From NCBI RefSeq assembly GCF_009914755.1, contig NC_060932.1: a stretch of 64,000 nt of DNA; one strand, written 5' to 3'. Position numbers and translations under genes: made by a program. Below the pieces are notes generated by a model. The model was not told the origin of the DNA and searched no databases. It was given only the letters and a program-made list of their open reading frames with translations. Positions 30,801 through 45,239 of this stretch are shown in pieces. Source of the stretch: the human T2T-CHM13v2.0 reference genome, Homo sapiens. Position 1 is the stretch's first letter. Each line of letters begins with the position of its first letter.

Positions 30801-31100
30801 AATACTATGTGCTTGGTGCTGTGCTGAGTGCTGGGGTTACAACACTGTCTAAAAGCACACGCTGTAACCTCATCATGGAGATGGTAAGGTAATATCCAAA
30901 CTCCACAGGCGTCACACATAGGCACTGAGGCCTGGTGCCCGTCAGATTTCTCCAGTCTCAGTAACTTCCTCATGACTCTTTTCACTCCAGCCATGCTAAT
31001 TAATTTCAGTTTCCTTCATTTGGCAAGCAATTTCACTCACCCTCTCTTTCCACACATTAATTGCTCCCTTCCATTCATAGTTAACAACAGCATTACTTGT

Positions 31101-31640
<540 letters not shown>

Positions 31641-31929
31641 TCATTTTTATTTGTCCATACTCCTGCCACAAATCTCCATACTCTGGCCAGAAGTGCAGTT
31701 GTAGATAATAATTTTTCTGGCTTACCTGGCAAAAGAAACAGTAAGAGCATGGGGTGGGTGGTGAAAGCAGTCCCTATACCAAGCAAGTCCTGTGGCATTT
31801 TGAGGATTATCCTGCTCTTTCTACTCTTCTAATAACTATTAAGTTTCCCATATCCTGTAATAAATCTCTACTTAAATCAGTTAGAGTGCCTTCTATTGTC
31901 TGCAAATGAGAAAGAACACAAAGCATGAA

Positions 31930-32210
31930 GGAGGTCTATTATGCATGAAATGTTTGTTTAGAGGACGTAAAGAGTACACATGATTTAGTCTCAAAGGGTA
32001 TATAATATTTGGATTTGGAAAAAGGGAAAAGAGCAGTCCAGGTGAAGCAAAGACACAGAAATAGGAAAGTACAAAATGCATGCAGGAAGAAATGAATTGT
32101 TTCATTTGGCAAAGTAACATGGATATGGACAAGTTGGAAAACAGAATAAAGAAACAATTTGGAACCAGATATATAGCATATTGAGTGACAAAGTAAGAAT
32201 TTCATTCTGA
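31930..32210 (-). mobile_element. L2 fragment
   Basis: gagcagtccaggtgaagcaaagacacagaaatagg resembles antisense L2. Confidence 0.5.
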
Positions 32211-34939
32211 AATAAATTAATCACTTTTCCTCATGACAGGTATATCTCATCTGTTTGGAATTACTCTGTTTCCATGTCATTTAAAAGAGGATGCAAAGCT
32301 TAGCTCCATCACTGATTTCTGCTATAAATCTAATCTCACCAGGCAGTAAATAGCTTCTGTACTCTTTACTAAAGATTTGTTGTGTCATAGGAACAAACAT
32401 AATGGTAGAACTGATATTTCAATTATCTCCACCCAACCACTGCCGAGCTAGGTTCCATACCACCCATCTCCACTTTTTTTCCTCAGAAGTTTAAATTCTA
32501 CACACACTATTTTTTATGAATTAATATAACAATCTTTGTTAAGTATATCCTTGAGTCTGAGCCCTTTCATATAATATGCCTATGAAGGCATTTCTTTAGA
32601 ACAATAGATTGCAAATCTTATAATTTCATGTTCTCCATCCTTTCACAGGTGTATTTAGCTCCTACTATTGATCAATCACTGGGGAGAAAAAAATTGAGTA
32701 ACACTAATGACCATACAAATCTATGACTTTTATTGTTTTTACCATAAACACTTCAAAAGCAAGGACTGTTTTTTCCACAAAACAAATACCTTATTCACTT
32801 AATTCTTAAAACATTGAAACCTCTCTGACCAAATGTGGGTGAATTTACCAGCTTTGTTTTATAGAATATTTCATATTAACATGAAGCTTAGAATTATAGA
32901 AAAATTAGGGGTTCTTTTCTTTCCTTGGTCTTCAAAGGGTTAAAAATATCTGTCTGTCTTGCTTTGGAAAATAAGAAGCATACCATTTAGTATTGTCACT
33001 TAAACTAAAATGCTTATCTGTTTGAGTTAAAGAATGTGTTTCCTCTAAATAATTCAAAATGTAGGTAGCATACTTCTCATTTTCATGACAGCTGGTACAA
33101 CTCTTGATTTCCCAACCCTCAAGAGCAGGCAGTAAGAGCAGTACTGCACTTGCCATTGATACAAGAGTCTTAGAGAGGACTGGTTCTCAACACAAAGCTT
33201 CCAGGTATTAGAGGTGGATTATACATGTGGTCCAGTCCACTGAAGTTAATGAGACTACCAAAAAGGGTAACTCTTCAAAAGAAAAATACTAAGATGCCGG
33301 GATAATTTGAAACTTCCAGGGTTTTCTTTGAAATCTACTAGGTTTTCATGCATCTTTTTTAATCAAAATTTTTCTGCACATTCTCTGTAATTCAAATAGC
33401 TTATTTATATTATATAATATGTATACACTCATGTATATATATATATATGCCTCTTTGTATTTTTTAAATATTTTTTATATTCTAGCTCCTGTTATTTTGA
33501 CTTTTGATGTGTCTGCAGTTTAAGTAGGAGGGATTGTGGAAGATCTTTTCAAATGACTGAGCCCTTATAAGCAAACCACTACCAGAAAGGACAATATGTC
33601 CTCTGCTAACACCACTTCTCTTCCTTTTTTTTTCACTTGCATATTCTCCTTATGTAACTTCCTTTTGAGAGAATCAGAAGAGAATTCTGTCTAACACTCC
33701 ACAATTTGATTCTCAGAACTTTTACATATTTGAGGATACTTTGAAGAACAAAAGAAAAAGAAGGAGGAAGCAGAGAAGGAAAGGCAGAGGAAGAGAGGAA
33801 AGAAGGAAAGTTAAACAAAAATGTGTTTTTACCTTCAGAGCTCATATCCAAAACCTTTTCTAGGAAATTCTCAAATATTCCTTGGAAGTGGCTATATATA
33901 CACATCTACCATAGGCAAAAATCAAGTTTGGCAAAAGTGGAAAATTGTGTGCTTTTTCCCCATTGATATCCTCATTCTGATTTCTGATGATCCATCTTTT
34001 CCTGAGAGTGGTGATTTAGTGCAATTGTAACAGAGCTCTGTTATATATATAAGTCCAGTCCTGGTATGCTGCTGTTTCATGGTTGTCCTTTATTTACGAC
34101 AATGAACCAAAGACTGTGAGTAAAGTGTGATCATAACTCATTGATTCCAAATGTTCTGTATAATCAATATATCAGTTTCTTGAAAAGCAATTATATTTTA
34201 AAAACATGGAACCTGAGACAGTCACATTAAAGCAACAACTCTATTAAGAAAAGGATATGTTTAAATAACACATCTTTGACATTTCAAAAACATGACAAGA
34301 TAATATAATATTGGAAGTTCAGGAATGCATTTTGGGTTATCAGAAAGGCATTACGTATGATAAGAAGAAAGGTTAAAACTTCTTAAATGGAGAAGTAACA
34401 AGATCTGGACTATTCCAGGAAACAAATAGCATTTTTAATTTGCAAAAGAAATTTTGGGTGAGTGCTTCAAATGGATTGATTTTTGAGAACCAGGGAAACC
34501 CTTTTATCCTGTCCTAACACAGAGCAAACTCCCTACCTGACCACTAAGTGGAGGGAAGGAAAGTGTTTTGGTAGGCTAAATTAGTTCCCAGCCCACACAC
34601 TTCCTTTCGAGAATTTTCTGACCTAACTTGCCTAAAAGTCATGGCTATTCCTTTGATATACAAAAGACCATTGACAAATATCCTAAAGATACTTCATTTT
34701 TTCCTAATATATGGACTTTTTAAAAGGAGCTATAAATGTTAAAGAAAATTGACAGAAGTATTCTCATTCAATGAAATGAGAATGAAAAAGACAAGGAAAG
34801 GCTATTAGGCATTGGTCAGATCACTTAAAGCCTTTTTGCCTTACCACATATCAAATAGAAAGCCATTACTTGGCTTGTTGACAACTCTGATTTTGTCAGA
34901 GAACCTGAAGAGATTCCTTGGTTTTAGAAAGACACATCC

Positions 34940-35300
34940 TTTTCCCAGCCCCTGAGTCTGGTCTAACTAATTCTAATATAATTCTCATTTTCCTTATCTG
35001 AGTCGATCCCAGCTAATGTGACATAATGAAGTCTGCAGGAGAGAGCATCTTTAAAAAGAAAAGACTTGTAAGAAGGAAACCTTTCACTCCTTAACCCCCT
35101 TTTCTGCCTGGCATTCTGAAGAGATGTCTGAAAGTACGGTAGCAACCAGTCACATGATCATGAGACAATAAGCAGAAAAGAACCTATCTAGCAACCACCT
35201 TTCTCTGGATTTTTTGTAATGTGAAAAAATTCGCTCCCACAAGCCACTATAAATCAGATTTTATATTATTTGCATTTGAAGGCATCCTTGACTGATATAA
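34940..35300 (+). mobile_element. Old LTR (LTR33/MLT1-like)
   Basis: ttctgcctggcatt..; ends tttgcatttgaaggcatccttgactgatata. Confidence 0.5.
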
Positions 35301-35345
35301 GAACCTTCAGGTAAACAATTATATTTTAATACCAGTGTTGGCCCC

Positions 35346-35880
35346 TGTCAAAGACTGTCAGAAACACACATGTAATCAAATAAAGCTGAATTTATTGTCT
35401 TGTTGCAACAAGGTAGGCACACATCAGAGGGATCTTGGGTGTTTTAGTAAGAAAGTGTTGACAGGGACTTATAGGGGATGGGTGTTTACTGGGCGATTTT
35501 GATGACAGATTAAGGAAATGGGCATTTGCTCTAGATTATCTGCTCTCAGAAGATAGAGGTAATTCTGTGGTTGCATATTTTAACAAATCTTATCTAGGAT
35601 ATGGGGGAACAAAGTGGAGTTAGCCTGTAGCTAGTAATCAAGTAGTCTCTCATACTAGCCAGGAAAGGGGTTTCCTGATGTTTTCTGTGGTTTGTTCAGT
35701 GTTCCTCTGTTGGTCTCTACTCAGGCATGATTATGCAGAATTCTCATTTTTGTCTTATTTCATTGTGGTGTTCTGTGAAATGCTTTATGCTCAAAGGAGA
35801 AAACACCTCGACATGAGTGCCAGCCCAACCGCTAGAAAGACTGAGACCTCGCTGAGAATACTAGGCCAGCTCTGTGCACT
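35346..35880 (-). mobile_element. Old ERV LTR, family not assigned
   Basis: Starts tgtcaaagactgtcag with an antisense AATAAA (tttatt) about 50 bp in; composition is LTR-like. Confidence 0.45.
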
Positions 35881-36099
35881 CATACACACTGCTTTGTTAT
35901 TATCTGATTTTTTGTATGATGTATAGTATTAATCCCCAATTATTTCTGCATGTTTAAAATGCAGTTGTACATATTTACTTAGGATTTTATTTTTACCTCC
36001 AGAAAATCCAGATGTGAAGTAATGGGCATCTGAACTGAGGAGGTGACAAAGAAGATAAATAACATATTTAGGTTTCAAAACACATTTTTGATGAAGAAT

Positions 36100-36400
36100 A
36101 ATTGTAACAATAAAATAAATGTTTATGACCAGTTAGATGCATGTAGAAAGGGGAAAACTGTAAGGTTTCTAGCCTGGGAGACTAGATAAATAGAAATGGC
36201 AGTAACCAGAATAGGAAGTATGAACGATAAGAAGACCTGGGGTCAATATGTTAAGTTCTGTCTTAGTATGTAAAGGTTGCAACATCTTTAAAACCTCCAG
36301 ATGAAAATTCCCAAAAGGCTTTAGGAAATTGAGCCCTGTCACACAAGCCAGAGGCTAGCACTAGAGAAAATTTGGGAGGAAGCCATGAGATTCTCAAGAA
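36100..36400 (-). mobile_element. L2 fragment
   Basis: aaggtttctagcctgggagactagataaatagaaatggc. Confidence 0.55.
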
Positions 36401-37319
36401 GTGGCTTGTGGATTGCTGTATTGCTGTGTGCATTCATCTGAATGTGCAATACACATCATAAACATCCTAGATTTTTCTTTATGGAAACACAATAATATCC
36501 AAAAAGTTGAATTGTTTTGCCATCTTATTAACATGACAAGGAAAACTGTGCCAATGCTCTCTCATTCTTGACTCTTATAGGAAACTTTACTAAACTAAAA
36601 AATGTTATCTTTGGTCGTGATGCCCATTAAATGCATTTACCTCTTGAACTGCATCGATGTTTATGCACATGTTTGTCTTTACTAGTTCTGTCTATGCCAT
36701 TATCATCCAACATAAAATTTCATCTTCTACAGGAAATTAAGCTCTGCTTATTTTTTTCCCCTAAGGAAATGATTCCAAATGGATATTTCATCAAAGTCGC
36801 TTGGCATGCTTTTCACAGTAAGTAGCACAGCCCACAAGCATGTGAGTTCTTAGTAGTGGCTGATGACTGTCCTGTGTTTTGTTATTCAGGCTAAAGAAAA
36901 CCTTATCACTTGTTCTTTTGTTTTTTTGTTTTTTTAAAATATTACTGCCAACCCAACAGGCCCTAACATTATGGCTGGGAGCAAGAGCCTCACTGTGTTT
37001 CTGATGAGTTTTATCAAAAAGAGCATGATTCTTCTGTGAACCTCAATTAGAGACAGATCTCATTTCTTTCTTCTCTTTGATTTGAAGTGGAATTTGAAAA
37101 GAGGTGACTTACACAGTTCTTGTTTTCAACTATACCTGCCATATATCAATATTGGTAAGAATGATTTTTAAAAAACAGAAAGCTCAAGAACATTGGAGAA
37201 TGTTAGAATTTGCAAATTCTTTCTTGCAAAAACAATCTCTAACTGACCATATAATAGAGACCCATACATCTGGAATGACCAGTCCAAATTCAACTTGCAG
37301 TCATCTTTTATTTGGGAAG

Positions 37320-37682
37320 TGTATTAGGCCATTCTTGTTTTACTATAAAGAAATACCCGAGACTGTGCAGGAAGTGTGGCACCAGCAACTGCTCAGTTTC
37401 TGAGAAGGCCTCAGGGAACTTTTACTCATGGAAGAAGGTGAGATGGGAGCAGGCACATCACATGGCAAGAGCAAGAGAGAGCAGAGAGGTCCCAGACTTT
37501 TAAACAACTAGATCTCCCATGAACTAACCAAGCAACAGCTCACTATGACCAAGGGGATAGTGATAAAGTATTCGTGGGAAATCCATGGCCATGATCCAAT
37601 CAACTCTCACCATGCCCTACCTGCAAACTGGGGATTAGAATTCAACATGAGAATTAGCTGGGAGAACATCTGAATCATATCA
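37320..37682 (-). mobile_element. Solo MSTA-like LTR with internal deletion
   Basis: tgtattaggccattcttg...catctgaatcatatca, with TSD ggaag / gaaag. Confidence 0.88.
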
Positions 37683-38294
37683 GAAAGTGTAGTTTATTTC
37701 TAATTAACTTGAATTTGAAATAAACTTGACTATCTTCAGGTTGGATTTGAGCTCTCTAGTATGTCACAGTCCCCATCCTTCCTATTATTTTACACCTGGA
37801 TGCAACATATATTTAGAGCTCCCTTGCAAACTTCCTTCCCTTTATTAGTAATGAGCAGATGAGGTCAGAAGTGCAACCATAATTCGAATTTCTGGAACTG
37901 ATTATCTCCATTGATATCACTTGTAGCAGAATAAATCCTATTTATGTTAGATACCTTTGCTCAAGCAAAAATTATATCCAGAGCACTTAGCATAGTGTTA
38001 CAGAGCAGGCACCCAATATATGTTTTTGAATGAATGAATTTATTTGGCTATTAAATAGCCTTTGGGTCTGGATGAACTTCTTATGTTACAGCCTAATTTG
38101 CACAGAAGATACCAGAGCCTGATGTTTGCTGATAGCTAAGGTACCCCTGATACGTTCTGATGAATATTGAACTTAGATATCTCTATCTTTGAAACTTACA
38201 TTGTATCTTTTATATTGAAGAGACCCCCTGTGAAGTGATGAAAATAACATATAATCTATTCAAACGGTTACTCCTTGTCTATAAAGTTGTATTA

Positions 38295-38460
38295 TATATT
38301 ATCTCATTTAATGATAACAAAATCCTGCTTATATGCATTAATGTACCCATTTTATATTAGATAAAAGTGAAATTCAGAGATATTGAGGGGTTTTCTCAGC
38401 TCACACAATTCCCAAGTAACAAAATCAGACTTCAAACTCTAACAGGCATTTTGGTTTTTC
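38295..38460 (-). mobile_element. MIR
   Basis: atctcatttaat..cccattttatattagataaaagtgaaattcagag. Confidence 0.65.
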
Positions 38461-38713
38461 CCCAGAAGCAGTTGTGCTCCTCTTGTTTCTATGATTAATT
38501 AGGACAGTTATGTCCAGGTTTTTTGTTAAGAGAACACATTTTAAATGTTATCCCTCCTCTTGGGATAAATGAGAATTGGGGAAGGGATGGTCTATCTGTC
38601 TTCCAATTCACTCTTCCATGTGTTCATCACATAACAAGGTAGATGAGAATCTCTCTCCCAACTTCCATTTTACTCAACCTTCATTTTTCTTTTTACTTAT
38701 TCTTTATTTTCAG

Positions 38714-38953
38714 GTTCTAAAGACATTTTAATATACTTGCTTCTATACTAAACAACTTTATGTACCAAATATTATGAGGAGGGCTGCAAGAGGGAGCACA
38801 GCGGTGGTTCACTCCAGGCTCTGCTCCTTCTAAATATATCTCTGGAGGTCTTGCAAGATTCCACACTCAAAGGATTGACTTGAATCCATCAATATTAACC
38901 CTGTTCTAACCTGTATAATTTAGCTGTATAATTTCTCCTAAACTGGGTTGCAG
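38714..38953 (+). other. Candidate 240-nt non-coding exon
   Basis: Long polypyrimidine tract with TTTTCAG|G acceptor and CAG|GTGAGT donor; stops in all three frames. Transcription is not shown. Confidence 0.35.
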
Positions 38954-39817
38954 GTGAGTATCTGAATACCCTTTCAGGTCTAAATGAATGTTACCTTAAA
39001 CCATTCTTAAATGCAACTGATTTCCATGTAGTTAGACTACTACCTAAAAAACCAAAGTAAAAGTACTGAATGTCAGGAAATAGATTCCTAAAGAGAACTT
39101 AATCTGTGCAGGCCAGAGAAAGCTAAGAGAAAAAAAAAAAAAAAAAGAACTTGAGAACCCATGTTAACATGTTAAATTACTTTAGATATACCTGCTGGTA
39201 GCAAATCGGAGGGTGTAGAGGAGGCCTATTGGGTCTGTGGCTTTCCTGAAATGGAGTTTATTAAACCACATTTATGACTATTAAAGTTAGAATAACAGAG
39301 TTGATCGATGACAGCCTCTTTAGAAATATTAGATGTGAAATTTAGCAGAATAGGAAAGTCTCATAGGATATTATTGAAGATAAGATAGAGACTGAATCTG
39401 AACAGTGAGTTCATAGCTGGTAGAACAATCATGCTCAAAATGTGACCAGTGAGGCTTTTTCTCCCAGTCTTTCGACTCAGATGCATTTCACCACATGCTG
39501 TGCTTACCTCAGACAATCTCCTCCTAGATACCAAAGAGGTAGCCTTGCAGAACTTAGTTATTTCCTCAAACACTTAATCATACATAGAAACAAGATTTGA
39601 TCATTAAAACTATATATATGTGTGTGTATATATACATATAAAATTCTTAAAGCAAGATGATCTGTCAAAATATCTCTGGCTTATTTTGCTTTTTCACTAA
39701 AATATACTATCTAAGCCATGCATATATCAATATAACTTTGCTTCTATTCTACTACAGCAGGGTAACCATAAGCCCAAACCTTCAGTACAGAGAATGAACC
39801 CTGTTTAACTTCCCCTA

Positions 39818-40175
<358 letters not shown>

Positions 40176-40224
40176 CGTTGCTTTAAACAGGCTGATCCAT
40201 TCCACAATGTCACCTTTTTCAAGC

Positions 40225-40460
40225 CACCTTTTACTGAGCGCTTTCTGTAGACCAGCTGCTGTGGTCAACACTTTACATACATTATTTCATTTAATCTTCA
40301 CAACCACCCAATGAGTTAGGTATTATGACCATTTCATAAATGTTGACAGTATGGCAAAGAGAGAATTAAATAGTTTTTATAGGATAACTCACAAAATAAG
40401 GGACAGAACTTATTAGCTGAACATGGTGAAAGAGAAACCATGTACTTTTAACCATGAAGC
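40225..40460 (-). mobile_element. MIR
   Basis: ttactgagcgct..cactttacatacattatttcatttaatcttcacaaccaccc. Confidence 0.75.
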
Positions 40461-40565
40461 TGTTATAATGTCTTAGAAGAAGAAATTTACACAGTGCCTG
40501 GGAAGCTATCAAGCACCTTGAAGATCCCCAAAGGGAAATGAAATAACAGCAGATAATACTGTACT

Positions 40566-41710
40566 GTCATAGAAAAAGTCTTTAGAGAGGCATCTTGCTG
40601 GGTAACCAGATGTTAGATGTGACTTTTCCTGTGGACTTGGAATATTGGCCCTGCTCCAAAGGCCAAAAACAATAAGCAATAAGCACTGGACCGTCTACAC
40701 ATGACCTGCCAAGAGACTGACCTCAATTTTGTGATGCTTAGCCCATTGTCCATCTCCAGGCTATATAAGAGAGGTAGATGTGATGAAATTGGTTTAAAAA
40801 TCTATACAGATAATTTCCTTAGAGGAGAGTTGTGAGACTGTTGCCAGGCCTCACTGTCACTGACCTTCTCAAGCCATGTGAGGGTGATTTCAAAGGAGCC
40901 ACTCCAAGACTGCCACAGATCTCTGGAAAAATCAAAGTCCAAAGGTAGGGGGCTGGCCAATGGAGGCAAAATAAGTTTGCCTGGAGGCCTCTGCACTTCC
41001 TCAACAATGAGACTGGTGTGGACCCTATGAAAGGAGCTAGACTTGAATACCCTGGGAACTCCCTGAAGGATGTGGTGATCCAGCTAAGGTGCAGGGCAGC
41101 CAGCCTGCTGAGAAATCACTTTTATTAAGGAAACTGCTAGGGGTGCCTCCAGAGGAGGAAGACACCTCCAAATATCTACAAAAGTAACAATCAGAGAAAG
41201 AATGATTGGGTATCTGACATCTTAGAAGGCATAAATGATGGATGAAAACTACTCATCAAAGCATCCCTCCATCCCTTTCCCCTTCACTCTGCTGCCCTTG
41301 CTCTTCCCCTATAGCCTTTGAAGCAGAATTATAAATGAGGGAGGAAAAGAGGCCAGGCAGTTTTAGAGAGAGGTGGAGAAGCAGCTAATCCTGGCTTTTC
41401 TTCCACTACAGGTCCCTAACCTGAATCCAGGCTCAACAGGTGGGTTGGGGTGGGGATGAGGAGGAGTGTAGATGTTTCTAGACTGAAAGAGGGTTTGGAG
41501 TTTTAATATTAGGCTATACTGGATTGTTTATTATCTTAAAAATTGAGATTGTTTATGCAAATAATTTAGAATGAGCAGAGAAGCTGTGGAATCTACCTAA
41601 GCTTTCTTGCAGGAGCAGAAAAAGATAAGTCAATAGAGTGGGTTTGCAGAGGCAGTAGTGTGGAAAAGGGAGGCTATGATAAAATTTTATTCTTACAAAC
41701 CATAACTTAC
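40566..41710 (+). mobile_element. Ancient long LTR (LTR78-like)
   Basis: About 1.1 kb of higher GC. The 3' part (gagattgtttatg..gaatgagcagagaagctgtggaatctacc..) resembles a recalled LTR78 consensus. Confidence 0.5.
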
Positions 41711-43339
41711 TCTAGAAAGTGGCTATAGTTGAAACAAATCTTTAGTTAATTTTTCCTATACGAAGACCCCAGTTTTGTCTTGGTTATTTGAACAATTCTC
41801 ACACCCACTAGACTTGATTCCTGACTCTACCTTGATTTTTCCTTATCTTTTCTATTACTTTATATTTTCTTAATTTCCAGATTTGGTTTTCTGGCTCCTT
41901 TTCTGTTTCTGAATAAATCAACTTCTGCCTCTACTACTTGATGTCACTCATTTCAGAATTTAAGGTGAAATCCAAAATAAAATTTCTTATTCCCATTATT
42001 GAATCATACCTAGGAGAGAGTCTAGTTCCTGGTCTCAGCTCCTTCAATTTTGCTGTGTCTTAATGAATTCACTAATTGAACTATTCCTCGACATCATAGA
42101 AATGGAATTTGAGTGACTAATATGAACTGACCAAACCTTGATTTGCTTAACCTTTGATCAATGAAGGATATGAGTAATTCCTAAAGAGTCATTTTCTAAT
42201 ATATTTTCCCACTTGGTTTTCTTATTTGTATATTATTACATTGACACCATGAAAAGGGCTCCTCACATACCTTCAGATAAATGAATGTCTATTATTTATT
42301 TATCCCCTACAATGGGCTGCATACTATACTAATGCTTTAATATAGTCCCAGATTTTTCTGATTCAGAGAGCATTAGAATTTGGCAAAATCTTGACTATAG
42401 AAGCAAAATGTAACAGATGTTGGGAGGAACAAAGTTGTTATAAGTCAAATTCCAAAAGTCATATTTAGGGATTCATGAAGAAGAGTAATTCAAAATGTTA
42501 ACTGAGAAATGAGATGGATAAAGACAGACAGAGGAAGAGAGTTTGGCTTTGGCCAAGATCCCAGCAGCAGAAACTGCCAGACACGATAAATTAAAGCCAA
42601 TGCTTGGACTTATCCCTGGTTGTAGACAAATATCTACTGTGGATCACCACCAGAGGGGTGGACTCCACTTAACTTAATGCCTATATTGCTCTAACTGGCA
42701 TCAGTTGGAACTTTAAGATTCATTATCTAACTGTGGATGACAGGATACATAGTCCAAAGCTCCCTTTCTAAACTCTGAGTGCTTGTACTGCTGATAGATA
42801 AAGGGCGCTTTGAAGGCTGGTAAGACACACGGTTTTGCTTTCTTCTCACAGGCTGCTTGCTCTCTCAGCCATGTGCTTGCACTCGACTTCAGAACCTGGC
42901 TGGGGAGAACTCTGTAGGTCATTTTATGTTAACCGAGAATTTTACAAAATACATGAGCCTTCTCAGTGTTGCATAGGATGTTTCTCTGTGGTTCCTAGAG
43001 ATGGAGTTCACTGAAGAGAAGCATTTTCTGCTCCAGCTGTGATTATTCTAAGAGATGGGAGAGTGTGGTGTGGGTGGGAAAGAACATTCAGGAGTCCGGT
43101 GATACATTTGCAAGTTGTTTCTATGACTACCAAACATTTGTGATCCTGTTTATGAATTCTGCAACAACTAATTTTTATACCCATGATCTTTATAATCATT
43201 GGCACTTATAATTCAGCAGTATCAGATATTAATTCAAAAGTATCTGTTGGGCACGTGACATGAGCCAAGCTAGGTTCTGAGAGTATAGAGGTGGGCAAAA
43301 TAGACACAAATCCTGAACCTCACAAGCACCTTTCTGACT

Positions 43340-44255
43340 ACCAAATGGAATTCAGCAGAATACTCATCCACCATATATTCTGCTGGGTAATAGCATTAAT
43401 AGTGAAAATTAACACTTACAATTGAGCAACAAAATAGTATTGGATCATAGCCCACAGTATCAAATAAATATCCATAGTATACCCTGATATAAATGATTGA
43501 ATAAGTAAATAAGTGGGAGAGAATAGACAGATTTCCTGTGAATAAATTTCCAAATAAATTACGCAAGTACTTCACCACTGAGGAGATGGAATATAACTTC
43601 TCACTACTTAAGTGTGGGACGTACATGGTGACTTCCTTTTGAAGAATACAGAATAATAAAAGGGGATGAAAAAGAGTAACTTCACAGTGGTGAAATCTGA
43701 CAAACACTACATCAACTAGGTGATCAAGGTTCAAACCCACAAGGATAAGTCATGCTGATCGTACGTACCCTTTATATGATATAATAAACATGGTACCTTA
43801 CCTCTGTGGTCTTCCTTCCCAGAACACATAATTCTCATCTAATCCTGACAAATTCCAATGGAAGAACATTCTACTAAATAACCAACTATTACTTCTCAAA
43901 ACTGTCTAGGTCATCAAAAACAAGGAAAATCTGAGAAACAGTCATAGTCAAAAGGAGCCCAAAGAGACATGATGACTAAATGTAATGTGGTTTCCTAGAT
44001 GAGATTCTAGAACAAGGAATGAGAAAAAGGACATTAGGCAAAAACTAAGGAAATATGAATAAGTATGGGTTCTAGTTAATAATAATGTGTTGATATTGGC
44101 TCAATAATTGTAGTAAATGTGTCATGCTAATGTAAGATGTTAACACTAGGGAAAGCTGAGTAAATATTTTATGGAAACTCTTCATTCTATCATCACAAGT
44201 ATATATTTTTTATAAATCTAAAACTGTTGTAAAATAGAAAAATTTTATCTTAAAA
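43340..44255 (+). mobile_element. L1MC-like 3'UTR
   Basis: gtggtgaaatctgacaaacactac; gtcatcaaaaacaaggaaaatctgagaaac; gacatgatgactaaatgtaatgtgg; ends aaatctaaaactgttgtaaaata. Confidence 0.85.
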
Positions 44256-45006
44256 TAGTACCTTCAATTACCTTTAGAATTTCCAAGAAACATTCATATT
44301 CATTAATATATTTTAATTTCATAAATTCAGTGAAGAATTGATCTCTCCATTGTGTCAAATACTTTCTAGGCACACAGAAAAACACAGTGTCTAACCCCCA
44401 AAAGTTTATAACCTAGCGAAACATGGATAGGAGAATTGGCCTGGCAAGTATTATAATGCCCATTTTGTGATGACTGAACAGTTGCTTAGAGAGATTGAGA
44501 TTTGCCAAAGCTACATAGCTTTTAAGAGGCAGTACAAGAACTCAATAGTAGGTTTTATGGTGACAAATTAGTTTTTGTATTAAAATAAATGTATAACTGG
44601 GAGTAATACATTTTGCCTGAGAGACTTTATTCTAACATAGATTTCCAAGACCATGCTACCATGCATGCTGGTTTGTGAAAATAAGAAAATGTCTTTTATT
44701 GTGGGCCATTGCCTCATAGGGAATTGGGCATGCTTTATCAGGGCCAGACCTCTGAAGTTCTTATTCCTGAAATTGATGTGAAACAAAAAGGGTTGAATTT
44801 GGTACAATAAGAGACTCCTAAGAACTGTGTACCTCCATCTTTTAATCGAATATTTAATCAGATTGAATTCAGATAGTATCTGATACACTCTGGAATTCAC
44901 TTGCTTCAAGTCCTAGTTCTTGCTTAAAGAGAGAGCAGAATATGATGAATATACCACTGGCTTGGTATCAGAAGACATGGATTCTAATTCCAGCTCTGAC
45001 ACTGGC

Positions 45007-45055
45007 TAGTTTTATTAGATTGATTAAGTTAGTTAGTTTTATTAGATTGATTAAG
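45007..45055. repeat. 27-bp-period tandem duplication within a MIR-like fragment
   Basis: tagttttattagattgattaag occurs at 45007 and 45034. Confidence 0.85.
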
Positions 45056-45239
45056 GTGGCCAAACCTAACATATCAGGTAGCTGGGCCTCCAAACAGATG
45101 TGTTCTCATTTTCTGTTATTTTTTATTTTTCTTTCATTGGCAATTTCTGTATAAGTGCCAAGGTCAACCATAAAGCTCACTTGGATGTACTCAAAGCCCT
45201 CTGTGGTCCTTGGTAATATATTTGAACTTGGTAATATGT

